Shown one piece after another: positions 1-12,159 of a stretch of DNA of 64,000 bases. The notes below the pieces were generated by a model. It did not search any database. It was not told the DNA's origin and saw nothing but the letters and a program-made list of their open reading frames with translations. The DNA is taken from the NCBI GenBank assembly GCA_036172245.1, contig JAYWIR010000014.1, positions 2,666,001 to 2,730,000 on the forward strand. Reading direction: 5' to 3'. The position numbers and the translations under genes were made by a program. This DNA comes from Raillietiella orientalis. Lineage: Eukaryota. Position 1 is the stretch's first letter, and each line of letters begins with the position of its first letter.

Positions 1-1350
1 CCATCAGGATGCCCGTGCGTTGCTACCTCAGGAGCCGCGGTGACTTGGGGCAGCTTAGCACCCGTGCCTTCGCCGTCGGGGCGGGGATGCGAGTCTCCTG
101 GCTCCGAGAGAAGTTTCGAAACTTGAATTTTCGGGAGAAAGGGGATCTCTTCGTCGTTCTCCTCTCGGTCTCTCGATGCCGCGGAGGAAAAAATTCCTGC
201 CTCCCTTCCGTGAACACCCAGAAATCATCCTTCCAGGTGAGTTCAGCGGGACATCCCTGCGAGCGGGATGCTCCCGGATCGCTCTGCGGCCGTCGGCAGC
301 TTCCGCTTCCCCTGAGGTCACGTTCTCCTTCCTCAGTCATTCATCAGCTTTTTTCCATTCGGATGCTGATCGTCTGCTTCTCCAGCTCTGTCATGGCTGC
401 TTCCTCTCTGCCCATGGCGCGCGTTTCCGCTTTCCAAGCCTCCTCGACCCCCTGCGGAGTCCGGGCCCTCACCAAACACGAGGAAGTGAGAAGCAAGGCA
501 TTTTCCTCGGCCTTCCGTCTCCTCTCCATCTCCTCCTTCCTTCCCTCTTCCCTCCTCTTCAGTTGCAACTTTAGGAAGCGGGAAGGTCTCTTTCCCAGGA
601 CCCGATGGAATCCTCTTCGCGACTTCGACTCCATCAAGAGTGGAACTCTCCGTCTTCCTCCTTGCTGACCTCTTTTACCGGAGGGCCAACACCGCTGCGG
701 TGGCGCTGACCACGAATCGCCGAGTGCTCTCTGTTTTTCCAGAATGGCTCCCCGCGGATGCTGGTGGTGTTAGTGATAGTGAGGAGAAGGAGGAGGACCC
801 GTGGAGATGGCCTCGCATGAAGATAACGCGGATACGGGAGGAGCATTGAGCAAAGGAGCCGGCTGCCAGGAAGATGGACTCCGGACAACCGAGCTCTGGG
901 ATGAAGGGACCTGGGAGGAGGGGTGGTCAGAGAGAGTTCTCCTTGCGAGGAGGAGGAGGAGGGGAGGGGAGCAAATCGGATCGTCGACTCCTCTCGAAGG
1001 TGCATCGACCCTGATTCCAACTCTCTTGGCCTAAGCCCTATGCAATCCTCATCGCGGAGGAAAGAGGGGATGGGGGTGGAGGTCGAAGAGGCTCGCGATC
1101 ACAGCTCCCTTCCCAAAGTCGCCGAAGACGCAAGTAGCCCATGAACGAACTCCAGTCCCGACTGCTCAGTGGGTTGGGAACCGGTGAGCTTCTGTCCAAA
1201 AATCCCATCTCCACCTCCTAGGAAGTGACGTCCGCCGATCTATCCCGGTGACCAGGACGTGATCTCGGTAGTCCTGGGATGGATCCTGGACGGGGAGACT
1301 TGGGTAAGCTCCCTCTGCTCCCCTGAGCTGCATGGGAGGATCCCTAAGGA
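1..1350 (-). mobile_element. Decayed LINE remnant: APE endonuclease C-terminus and EN-RT linker
   Basis: Minus-strand CVFGDFG at ~1112-1138 (GDFN-like), later GEPFWKN (G-x-WK-x-N motif) and a charged helical linker. Many frameshifts. Confidence 0.45.
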
Positions 1351-1599
1351 AGACCTGTGAGATGGGGATGTGGGACGCTGCGCGCTTGCTCGGGGATGAT
1401 GCCGCCTGCCCGGAAGAGAGCCGAGGCATTTCTTTCGGCTCTCCTCTCCGTTACTTGTTGAGTTCCCGTCTCGTTCGTCGTGGGGATCCCACGGAAAGCC
1501 ACGCTGCCCGTGCTGGAGGCCACGTGGCTGCAGCCTCCGCGCCTGCTTTCGAGTTCCACCCGCGGGATGGAGCTGGTTGACCGATTCGGGTCGCCACCG

Positions 1600-2680
1600 G
1601 TGGGAGCCGCAGACCCCGAGTGTCCCCGTCGACTGGTCGGGATTGGAGGTCGACCTTCCAGGGTGCCTTCCAGGAACCAAGGAATGCCGGTTGCTTCCGG
1701 GGTTCCCCTCCGTTTGTGAAAATGGAGCTGTCTCCCCCATCCTCAGGGGGTGCCTATTCATAGCGTTCCATGGAGCTGATGGACTGATACCACTCCAGAA
1801 TGTGAAGCTCGCTGCTCCCTCCAGAGAGCGCCTTTCAGGGAAAATTCGGACGCGTCCCTTCGGGGTTCTATTCAGAGGAGGGAAGAAGGAGCGGATCTTT
1901 TCTTGGGGGGTCCCTCCGGACAGAATAAGGAAGAGGTTCCTTTCGGAGTTCCCTCCAGAGACGACTTCTCCCTCTGAAGCGGCAGGGGCCGGCACTTCTG
2001 CTGCTGTTGCACCAGGATCTTTCCTGCAACTCACGCCGACAACACTGGACTCTGGGGAGGAAGACCCTGGACTGCCGTAAGTGCGGGGCGGAACGGGAAT
2101 CCTTCTCGCACTTGCTCGTGGACCGTGTTGCCCTCCGGCCTCCACGGCAGCGTTTCGGGATGATCCTCCGGATCCGGGATGGCACCTTCCCCAGGGACTT
2201 GTCACTACTCCTCTTCGTGCGGGATGCCCTGCAGCCAGACGCAGCCCCAGCAGCGCTTTGCTGTATCTGCGGGATTGCAGCGGTAGCCTGGAGCGAAGTC
2301 GACAGACGAAGAAACGGGAGGGACGCCTCCAGCTCGCAGTTTGCTTTCTGCAGATGGCCTCCAGGTGGCCCCATCTGGGACCTATTCGGACGGACTTAAC
2401 TGGCATCCAAGATGAAAAGGATGCAGACTCCCTCCAGTGGACGCTGATCCCTTCCCGACCCTCCCAATGATTTTTATTTATTTTTATTAACTGTCTTTTT
2501 TTTATTTTTATTTTTTGTTCTCTTCCTTCCCTCTCCGCTGCCGAGGGGAGTTCTCTTCGCCAGTCCGCGCATCGACGACCCGGCCGGTCCACGGACAGAC
2601 GGAGAGTGGCAGGGCCACCACGCGTGTCCCGCCACAATGTGCGAGTTTGTAAGAGACGTCCCGGCGTGTCCGGGTGGGAA
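1600..2680 (+). mobile_element. L1/Tx1-like LINE 3' fragment (copy A) with zinc-binding zf-RVT-like domain and 3' UTR
   Basis: LHQDLSCNSRRQHW..CRKCGAERESFSHLL, RWPHL near the end, T-tract 2471-2520, terminal hairpin 2660-2674. Confidence 0.75.
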
Positions 2681-3199
2681 TCGGAAGGGGAAGCAGAGAG
2701 CGGTTTCCTTTCTGGGAGGTGTCATCCGGAGAAGGAATTCCAAGAGAGGGTCCTCCCAATCTCCCTTGGGAGAAGTGTTCCTGATTTTCCCGTTGTTCCC
2801 TTCCGAGCGTTCCCAAGGCGACGGGATCGCCTGCCAGGGAGCAAGCCGAACGCCTGACCACCGAAAAAGGGCAACAGAGCCGTTCCGTTGGCGATCAGCA
2901 GAAACCTGTGGACGGACGTCTGCATCTGCAGGGTGTTGTTGGGGGGAAGCTGCTGGAGCAGTCGCGCGGCGCTGACATCTCTCTAGGCCTCCTCCAGGAG
3001 GAAGATCTTCGCGCGCCCACCTTCGGAATTGTTGCCTCCGCCTAAGTACTGGTCAACGCCCACCAGCAAAGCCGATCCGCACTATCCCCGAAGACCACGT
3101 TTGAAGTGGAGGCGGAGGTCAGCAGAGTGTCCTGCAGATCAAAGTTCCCGCCGTTCCACTGTTCGAACACTTCAGTTTCCGCGTCGACGTCCTCTGCTT

Positions 3200-3720
3200 C
3201 CTTGGCGCGCATCGGTCCGGTAGGTCACCACTAGGAGCAATCGGCCAACTCACGGACGCTGAGACCTTAAGTGCCCCACCGAAAGCATTATTGCGCTGGG
3301 GTGAGCTCCTGAATTTCCCACAGGAAGACCTCGAGTGGCCTCCAGCGTTGAAGAACAACCGGGCCCTCCCCCTGAATAGTTGCAGGAGTCGGCACTTCTG
3401 CTGTTGCACTGGAGTCTCTCGTGCAACGTCTGCCGCTCCCACTGGACCCGGAGGCTGTTTACCCCAACTGTTGCAATTGCGGCGAACGGGAATCCCAGCT
3501 CCCGCACCTGCTCGTAGGCTGTTTCCCTCTGACCCCTGTGGTTGCGTTAAGCAACGGCCCTTGGTGCACCGACAGACAATCCCAGGGACGTGATGCAAAG
3601 CCGCTTCGTGCACGATGCCTTTTCTCCTGCCTCATTCCCAGCAGCTCTTTGCTGCTGTCTACATGGATTTGTAGCGGCCTTGAGCCAGGCGAGAGGAGTA
3701 CGGCGCGATAGGGACGCAAA
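3200..3720 (+). mobile_element. LINE 3' fragment, same family, truncated
   Basis: LLLLHWSLSCNVCRSHW..CCNCGERESQLPHLLVGC. Nucleotide similarity to 1990-2290. Confidence 0.7.
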
Positions 3721-4611
3721 TCAAATAAATCAGATGTACGAACTGTCAATCACAGTCGTCCATCATACAAGGATGAAGGCGTTACATCTCAGCCTCTTTG
3801 TACTCGAAATCCGAAGCAGGCTGGTTTGCTTATGGCTCACTCTTCGACTCACATCACTCTTGTGATCTCTCCAGGAGCAGTCCATAGAAGAGCTGCTACA
3901 ACAGCACGGAACAGTCCATGTCCTCCAATATCCGTATCTCCAATGTCTCTCTACATGCATCTCCTAATCTATTTAGCTAGTCGCTGTCCCCGGCAATGCA
4001 CTCTTCTCTCTAAAGTAGGCTTTTCCTGTCCATCAGAAGATTGCCACATACTGAAATGAGACCCCCGTTTCTATTTTATCTACACTTCCTCCACGCATGC
4101 TCCATTTGCCTTGCGAGAAGCGCACCTGTTTCTTTCTATCCAACCACCCACTCGGAGCGCATTCTACTGAGGAAGAATCTCCGTCCAAAGTTGCAATAGT
4201 CAATCCATTGGTTCCCAGTTACTAACTGTTCACCATTTTCCCGGATGTTTTTCGTCAGTGATGGTGTGAAAGGAGAGGGAATTCATCTTAAAAGAGCATT
4301 CCGGAGGCAGAGGCATCTTCGCGTCCCTACTCTTCTGTGAGACATTCAGCGACTGCCTCACAGGTTGCCGCTGGAAGCTCAGGCGTTTCCTACCTCCGAG
4401 TTCCAGGGTGTTTCATCTTTGGCAGACGGAAGAGACCTCAATAAGTGCACTTGTTGCTGTTGTCCACTCCAAGTTCGTTCCATACGACTTGCGATTTCCA
4501 TTTTTGCTCTTCGCTTTGTTTCTCTCCGACTTCGCTCCGAGCTGGAGCAGATTGGAATGACTGAGGTCCGGGTGGCTGACTCCAGTTTCCGACTCCAGAG
4601 GCGGCGTGCAT

Positions 4612-5470
4612 TCTCATCCGGGTAGGCCGGGGCATTTATTCATAAATTAAATAAACATTTACAATTCTGTGATTGGACTGATGGTTTAACCCTGTCCTTT
4701 TTTGATCTAGCCTGCCGCGTTACCGGTTCGCAGACCGGTGAGGTCCACCTGGCAGCAGAGGAGAAGGAGCAAGCAAAAAGGAAAGAAACAAAATAGAAAT
4801 AAAACAATTTTTAGTTCTTTCATTTTTCTCCTTCTTATTATTATTATTTAGGGGGGGGGGGGGAAGTGCGGGAAGGGATTACGGTCTGCTGGGGGCGATC
4901 CTCCGCATCCTTTGTAGGATGCCGACAAGGTCCTGCTGGGTATGGCTGTCCAAGTGAGGCCATCTCGTTGTTATCCTCATGAAGCGAATGACGAAGTGGA
5001 CGGCATCACTATCGCTGTGTCCTCCTCTTGCGTCGCTCCAGACTGCCACAATCCCAAGCAGGCAGCAGGAAGCTGCTAGCAAGACTGCTGGCCAAAGGGC
5101 CTCGCATACGAAGAAGGGTCTAACAGCGTCCCTGTGGTTGCCGCCGGGGGTTCCTAGGGCAGCGGCAAAGCGTTCCCAGAGGGGCCGGAGGGCAACACAG
5201 CCCACCAGCAGGTGCGGGAGGGATTCACGCTCCCTGTACCGCGCACAATGTGGGTCCACACACACCCACATCCGGTGCTGTCGCTGGGCGTTGCATGGGA
5301 GACCCCAGAGCCGCAGCAGCAGCGCCTACTCCTGCCACTTCAATGATAGGATGTGTCCATGCAAAAGCTCAGGGGGAGACTGCAGATCTTCCATGGGAAT
5401 TCCCAGTAGCTCGCCCCAACGCAAAAGTCCTCTTAGGCGAGGGGAGCATTTGGGATCGCAGCTTCTGTGA
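4612..5470 (-). mobile_element. LINE 3' fragment (copy B, best-preserved ORF end)
   Basis: ORF 5271-4879 PHCARYRERESLPHLLVGCVALRPLWERF...RWPHL. T-tract, internal CCGGTCTGCGAACCGG hairpin, AATAAA (4635-4640), terminal hairpin (4617-4631). Confidence 0.8.
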
Positions 5471-5474
5471 TCTA

Positions 5475-6706
5475 GTTGTAAAACCGGTGCAACAAGCCCT
5501 GCACCTGCTTAGGGCGTGGTTTGCTGTGCAGCACAACGAGGCACAACGTGCAGTCAGGCACTACCGTTCGAGAGGCGGAACGAGATCCAGCTGTTAGTCC
5601 GAGCGAGCGTAGCCACCCGCCGGAGCCGCAGTCAGTGGGAAACGTTGCAGAGATGGCACCAAGGAAGGTCGCGAGAGTCCCACGCCGCCAGTGGCTTGCC
5701 AGAGGCGTGCAGGGTAGCACCAGGTGGTCTCTACAACTACGCCACGAGGGCAGGCGTCCGAAACTGGAGCTGAAGCTCCATCCACTTCAACGTCAGGAGA
5801 CCGAAACCGCCATTCCTACGAGGATCGCACAAGTCCTTCAGTTGGACTCTTCACCTCCCTTTGCCTCAAAGGGTGATCCTCAGATGATCCTTTGTGAGCT
5901 TCTTGATCCTCTCTGGTGAAGGACAAACAAAAAGTAGGGAACGGTGGAGAGGAGTCACGCATGTGTTCCACACCGATCTCTTTGGAACGGTCCGAGCGCC
6001 TACTGTGATTTCTGAAAACGGGTGCTTCTGGGTCTTCCAATGGAACACCTTGCGGAACTGCTTTTGGACTGTGGTGTCCTCCAGGAACTGTGGAGGAGGC
6101 TGGAAGCAGAGCTCCTGCACCAGGATACCTCCCGAGATGTACTGTGACGGTTCTTCGCTCCAAGAGGACTCTCGACTGGAGCGGTGTCACAGTCATGGGC
6201 TGCATCCATGCCATCGTCACGGCCCGCCATGTTCTCGAGACGACCACGCAGCGAAGAGAGGTCACCATTATGGCAGCTGCCTGCATGAGGACGGCTGCAA
6301 CTTGGCCTCACCTGAAAAAAGAAGTTAAGGAGGAGATCGCCAGCATCCAGTGCCGGTTTGAGGATAGCTAGGAACGCCGGACGCAAGTGACCCTGGTCCC
6401 CTGCCTTTTTCTACTTTTTTTCCTCATTCCCCATCACCGTTCGATTCATAACTTCCCCGGTGTTTTTTGTCTTGATCTCGGTGCACACGGAGCGAGCCCA
6501 AAGATCCCTGCCCCATCCCATCGGGTTAGTTTTATTTTTTTTGCTGTCCCCGCATCCCTTTCCGTTCTAGACTTCTTGTTATCCCGGTCTGCGTGTCAGT
6601 GGACCCTCCCTTTGAACTTTTTTTGTCTTCGGTTGAGAGCTGCGTTCCCAAGTGGTTTATTTTTTTTTTTTATGAAACAAAAGCCCCGGCATGACCGGGT
6701 GAAAAA
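5475..6706 (+). mobile_element. LINE 3' fragment (copy C, divergent subfamily) ending in hairpin and short poly(A)
   Basis: PMEHLAELLLDCGVLQELWRRL and TWPHL motifs, T-tracts, then CCCGGCATGACCGGGTGAAAAA at 6685-6706. Confidence 0.7.
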
Positions 6707-8099
6707 CTCCCCGGGACTCGAGCGTGAGTCCTCGAGTTCTTGCCCTTTCGGAGGAATGCTGCGGTCCCAAGAGACGAAGCCCCGCAACAGCTGGAGATTC
6801 AAAGACAGCCCTCAGCAAGTTGATAATGTCGTTCAACATCTGGTGAACTGCATAGACCCTGCCACCAAGCGCGACAGGCGGATTTGGTGGAAGGTATGGG
6901 AGGAAGAGACGTGGGGTGAGCTGTTCTGAGCAAAAAGCGGCTGAGAACTCAGAGCTGCATCGGGGCAACGCGCTCTCTTGCACGAATGGCCTACACCGTT
7001 CAGAAAGACGAAAGGGCGCGTGGAACGGAGGAATCTTTCAATTAAGGTCCCTTCCGCTGAATGGGGTCTTTCCAGGAAATTACCCCCGACTTCCCCCACA
7101 GCTAAGAAAGTTTTCTTCCATACAATTCCAGATGAGCATAGATCTGGAAGAAACCCAACCCGCTGTGAAATTGTATCTCCTTTCAGACTGCATGACCAGC
7201 TCCATTGACGATGGTCTCTGCTTTCAGGGAGTCAGCAGTAAGCGAAGTCATTTCCTTTGCAAACCCCGACCAAGAATTGAAACGCACGCACACGAAAAAA
7301 AAAAAAAAAAAAAAGCCAAGAGACAGAGCGTCACTTTTCTCATTCGCAGCACGCCTGACCAACTCTCGTGGAAGCCTTTTTGTCCGAGATGCATTGATCT
7401 CTCGCTCCTCAGAAAAGTCTCATTGTTCAAGTGCAAATAATCCACGAGAACCCTCCTCTTCCTTCTCTTGATTTTTGCCACTTCGTCCAGTCACTATTTC
7501 CATCCCTTCGGTTTAGAGTTTGAGAGAGTCTGGTCATCTTGGAAGGCTTCTGCGTCTAGAAGAACCTGCCCTTTACAGGGCTGTCTCCGCTCTTCCAAGA
7601 AGAGCCACGTTGAATCATCGTCCGATTCCTGCTCCGTTCAGAATTCCTTACTGGTACGGAAACATGGCTTGTACAATCGGTGCGAACAGCTAAAGATCCT
7701 CCCCAGTCCGACAAGCTGTGGGGCAGATCCATTTCAACATAGCTTTTTCACAGTACAAGAAAAACGACGCAGAGTACAGTGTTTTTGCACGACAGCAAAT
7801 TCATGTGATAACTGCCAGTGCACATTACGCTGTACGCCAGCCACTTTGCAGCTAGGTTTTTTTTTGGCATTCGGGGATGCTGGAGCACCCATGCGTTTGG
7901 ATGCTTCCGCCCCGATCCTTTGTACAGACATGTTCAGGTGTGGGCAAGGGACTTTCCACAGCTCCTAATGCCCCTTTCCTTCTTTGTGTGTCACCATGTC
8001 CATTGCTATGGCTGCACTTTTCCGTTGCTGAGCTCTCCTTATCGGAGCGTGAGTTAAAGGTGCTCGTAAGGAAGAGGGGCGATGGCTCTTCCTGCCATG

Positions 8100-8830
8100 G
8101 GATTGCATTTGGGATCTTTGCATCCCCTTCAAACAATCCCGCCAGGATCTCCAGTTTCGTCACTGTCCGCGGGTCCGTCGCCTCCTTGACCGCTTGCTAA
8201 TCTCGGTGAAGCGTCGGGAAGGTGAGCACGTGGAGCCGCGTTTCCTTGTCTACACGCGCCATGCAGGATTCGCCTTGGATGCTTCCTGACCAACATTTTA
8301 CCCTCGAGCCACTAAGGATGCTTCCCCGGCAAAACATGAGGAGATCGTCCTGGGCATCATCCAGTGGTGGACCGCTCTTCCATATTGTTGCTCCGACTGC
8401 TCGCAGATTCGCGTGCCGCATCCCGAAGCTGCTGGCAAGCGTATCGAGGTCGTTGTCGTCTTTGTGCATATCCAGGATTCCATCGTGTGTGTTGGCTTTG
8501 GTCTGGATGGTATGGATCCAAAGCTCGCGCGTCCTGTGGGTGGATGATCATCCTTTCACCTCGTACGTGGAGCAGAACAGCCGCATTTGATGGCGAAATG
8601 TTCTCCAGTCTCGAATTGCGGTCGAATGCCACGTCTCCCGTGGGAACGGAGAAGAAGCAAGGAAATCAGCTGCCAGCAGCTCTTCGTCCGGGATTTTCCT
8701 TACTGCGAGGCGCCATTTCGAATGATGTGCTTCGTTCCAGGGACCGTTCTGATCTTCTCTGTATCGTTCCGATTTTAGCATGTGTACAGCCGAAGCGTGT
8801 AATGTGCACATTAGCTGAATGTACACAGAC
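8100..8830 (-). mobile_element. Remnant of a second LINE family C-terminal zinc-binding region
   Basis: One frame continues through isolated stops: ...SRVKCWSGSIQGESCMARVDKETRLHVLTFPTL (decayed C-x2-C...ET..H..CP). Confidence 0.45.
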
Positions 8831-11629
8831 CATGAATTCTCAGAGCTGCGGAAATGGACAGTCTCATTTTATTCTCATTTCTTTCGTCTCATTGACTGAG
8901 GTCTCGCCTCGGCAAACGACAAGAGATTTCCTCGACGTGCAAGCGGCCTGAGGTGGAGTAGGTTCAAGGGTGGAACAGAAAGGATTCAAGGAATCCGGGA
9001 CGGGTACAAATTCTTTGTGGCGCTTCGGCTTCTTCGGAGCAGTGGCCAGTCGCTTGCGTGGTGGCACCTCTGAAAAACAGCCGTCCACAAAATTCGCCGT
9101 CGAGTTCCGCGTTCCCTCTGCGTGCTCTGCGTGCATGCGCTTCGGATGCCTTTTTCATTAAGTTCAGGGGGGCATCACTCATCTCTGACAGCAGACGAGT
9201 TCAGGAAAGAAGCGATGATTCCTTCACAGAATCTTCACGAGATTTAATTCGCCGAAGAGACAATTTCGATGATAGCCCTCCTGTTTAATACACCATGATT
9301 TATGAACAGCGCTCCATACCTCCGACTTCTTGAACCCTCGTCTCTCGGCCGCTGCCTATACAACAGGACCTAATTCTATTCCTCCATAACAACTTAATTT
9401 GATGCGAAGTGATGCGAAACTCTCACCTAGCGATGCAAAAAACGCAGTGCTGCAACTCAATCCTTCGGAGGTCGCAACTCAATCCTGCAAATGGTGGGAG
9501 GAAATTAGCGAAGCTTCCCATTCACCAGATCGAATTACCATCAGCTTCCGATCAGGGACGGCTCCCTATGATCCATATCACCACGTTATTAAGATTAAGG
9601 GAAAAATGCAAAGGCGCCTCTTCAGATGGTTCGAAAACGAAATGGCATGCGCGGCTGCCGTCTCGACTCCACTCGATTCCGATTCATCTCATTTAGGAGG
9701 AAATCTCATTATCATTTTTGGTTTATAAATATGTAATTCGAAGCACGCAGATTCCGATCAGACATCCCTTTTCCCTAGCAGCCCGCTGATTAAAATAATT
9801 CTAAATATTCACTTAATCTTTGGCGGATCGCGGAGTGCGTCCGCGTCGTCTACGCTCCATGAATACCGCGCGTTCCGCGTGCTTCAACTTCCGTTTCTGT
9901 TACCACGGTTGCCACGTGTGCGGTGAGTCTGCTCACGGAGGAAGAAAAAAATAAGGGGATTCACCACTCAAACAGGTATGCCCTTCGAGACAACGTGATC
10001 CTACCTCCTCCACCTGCTTGCCTTCCTTCGGCTGCACGATGTTTTTTTTCTTGGTAACTTCAGACGGATGCAGGGACCTGCGCTGGCCGCACTTCTGAAA
10101 ACACGTTAACGATCCATCCTCTTTGTGCGAGCACTCCTCACGGACCCTCAGCAGATTCCTGGAGGCAATCTTCCCTTCTCCTTGATACTAACGAACTCAT
10201 TCTTCTTCCATCTTTTGCCAGTACCTCCGCTACTATCAAACAGTTCTGGATCCTTCGAGCACCTGTCACAGGATATCATCCCCCATTTCAATAGATTACG
10301 AGGAAAATTTTTATTCGATAGGCACTGCGAATTCAGGTGGCAGGGCTCTTTATTTCGGTTATCATTAATATTGAAAAGAAGTAGAGAACCTCTTTACCCC
10401 TTTCTCTTCCATCTGGCTGTGGCACCGGAGAGACAGTAACCGGATACCCATCTGATACATGGGCTGGCTGCGGTTTCCTCCGACATCTTCGCAGATCTGC
10501 TCTTCGCGAGGAACCTCGGGAGATGGAGTTGTCGAGGACGTTCTACGGAATTTGTTCCGGCAATGCGCCGACAAGAGCAGATCCCAAGATCGCTTTGGAA
10601 ATTTTGTGGCTGCTGAGGACAAACCTGCCTTTTTTTTTTTTTCTTTGCCAGGAAGCGTTTCCTTGGATAAGATTCGAGATTGGGAGGTAGGCTCCAGCAT
10701 CCACGCGGATGCACTTACTGCCGCTTCAACGGAGACGGGGGGGGGAGGAGGGGTGCACGTCATGACCGCGTCCCCGCTGCCGCAGCGTCGGTGCATCCAA
10801 GACAAAAAGTGAGAGAGGGCGCGCGCCGCCCTGGAACGTCAGGGGGGGGATGAGGTCCGCGAGCGCCGGTTTTTCTAGGAAGTGATTCCCTCCCCTCGAA
10901 TGACTCACGTTCCGCGCTCAGGTGTCGGACCGCAAGGCTCATGAGAAGAGGCTGCGAATCGCATCCTCAATGCCCTGAAGACATCTCAGACCTCCACCAT
11001 CCGATTCAATTTGTTTTCCATCACAAACTTGCAGTTTTAAATCCGCGGAAGCATCTCATGGGGCAAACTTCCCGTATTTTTTCGAAGATTAAAAATTCGA
11101 TCCAGTTTTTTTTCCCGTCTTATTTGTGCCCTCTCCCTTCTCCCTCTTTGTCTCTCTCTCTCTCTCCCTTTCGAAGGAACGCAAATGAGTCAATGGAAGG
11201 AACGAAACACTCGTCGGAGAAAGAAATGGTGCAGCAGGCAAAGACTTAGCAAGGAAACACTGCCTGCCGCCTTCCATGTCAACCACTGACAAGAGACCAC
11301 CTCGAGCGTGCGTAGGCATTCGACGTGACCGCACGGGACATCCACTGAGAGTGGATGCCCCGGATGTGGTGGCACATTGTGATTCTCCTTGTGCATTGCT
11401 TGACCAACGAACCCCAGTGCCATCGGACGAAAGTGGTCGAGGGAGGGATCCGGAAACGACGGGCAAGGGAGAAGGGTATGATGGAGGGGGGGGGGAGAAG
11501 CAGCCGCAAGCGGAAGCGAAGGGTGGGCAAATTTGCTCGGGCGCAACAGCGCGAAGGGGGGGGGGACAGGCCGTCCCCTCTCACGGTACATCGCGAGACA
11601 CTCGCCTCACCATGTTCACTTCCCCTCTT

Positions 11630-12150
11630 CCCCCTGCTTCTGGGAGCGAGGCGGCTGACGGAGCGCCTTCGGGAAGAGCATCGGAGTGCCGCGGAATGCC
11701 TCTCCCTTCTCCTCACTCTGTGGCAGGGAAGTCTGTGTTCCTGGAGGATCCCTGCCACCAGCGCAAATTTCATCCTGCCATCCGGTTTGCCTTATGCAAA
11801 AAAGTCGAAAGGAAGGTCCTCACCTTCCTGCTTGCATGTGTCCGCAGCGGGAACTGCCAGAGGTGGGAAGGGCGGAACCGGGTCAGCGAACCCGACGCAC
11901 CCAACTCTGCCCCTTCCTCACCTCCGCGCGGGCTCCGGGTAGCTCCCACGCTGACGAGGAGGAATCAACACGCCGCCGTAGAGGCGGCGACCCACCTCCC
12001 GCGCTATGGGCAGCCCCCCTCGCTTGTTCGCTTGGTTCTTTTGCCAGCGGCCCAGGACACTTCGCGGGTCTGGGCCATCCCGCAGCCTGGATCGCCGACA
12101 GCAGCAGCGAGCGGCAGAAGCACAGACTTTTATGTCCCTCCCCTCCATCC
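11630..12150 (+). mobile_element. LINE post-RT fragment
   Basis: Similar to the minus strand near 53480-53720 (RRLTERLRE / RTLTERLRE, and LP..QGGLG-like segments). Confidence 0.4.
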
Positions 12151-12159
12151 TCTCCTCCT

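Noticed and set aside
7730..8040. piggyBac C-terminal cysteine-rich domain remnant
   Set aside because: Needs several assumed frameshifts, and no transposase core, TIR or TTAA boundary was recognised.
9800..9980. dpr promoter or non-coding first exon
   Set aside because: A CpG cluster and donor-like GGTGAGT/CAGGTATG are present, but nothing links them to the gene without transcript data.
11640..11690. RRLTERLREEH as a GIY-YIG (Penelope) motif
   Set aside because: No upstream GIY/YIG residues, and the context matches LINE post-RT sequence also seen near 53700.
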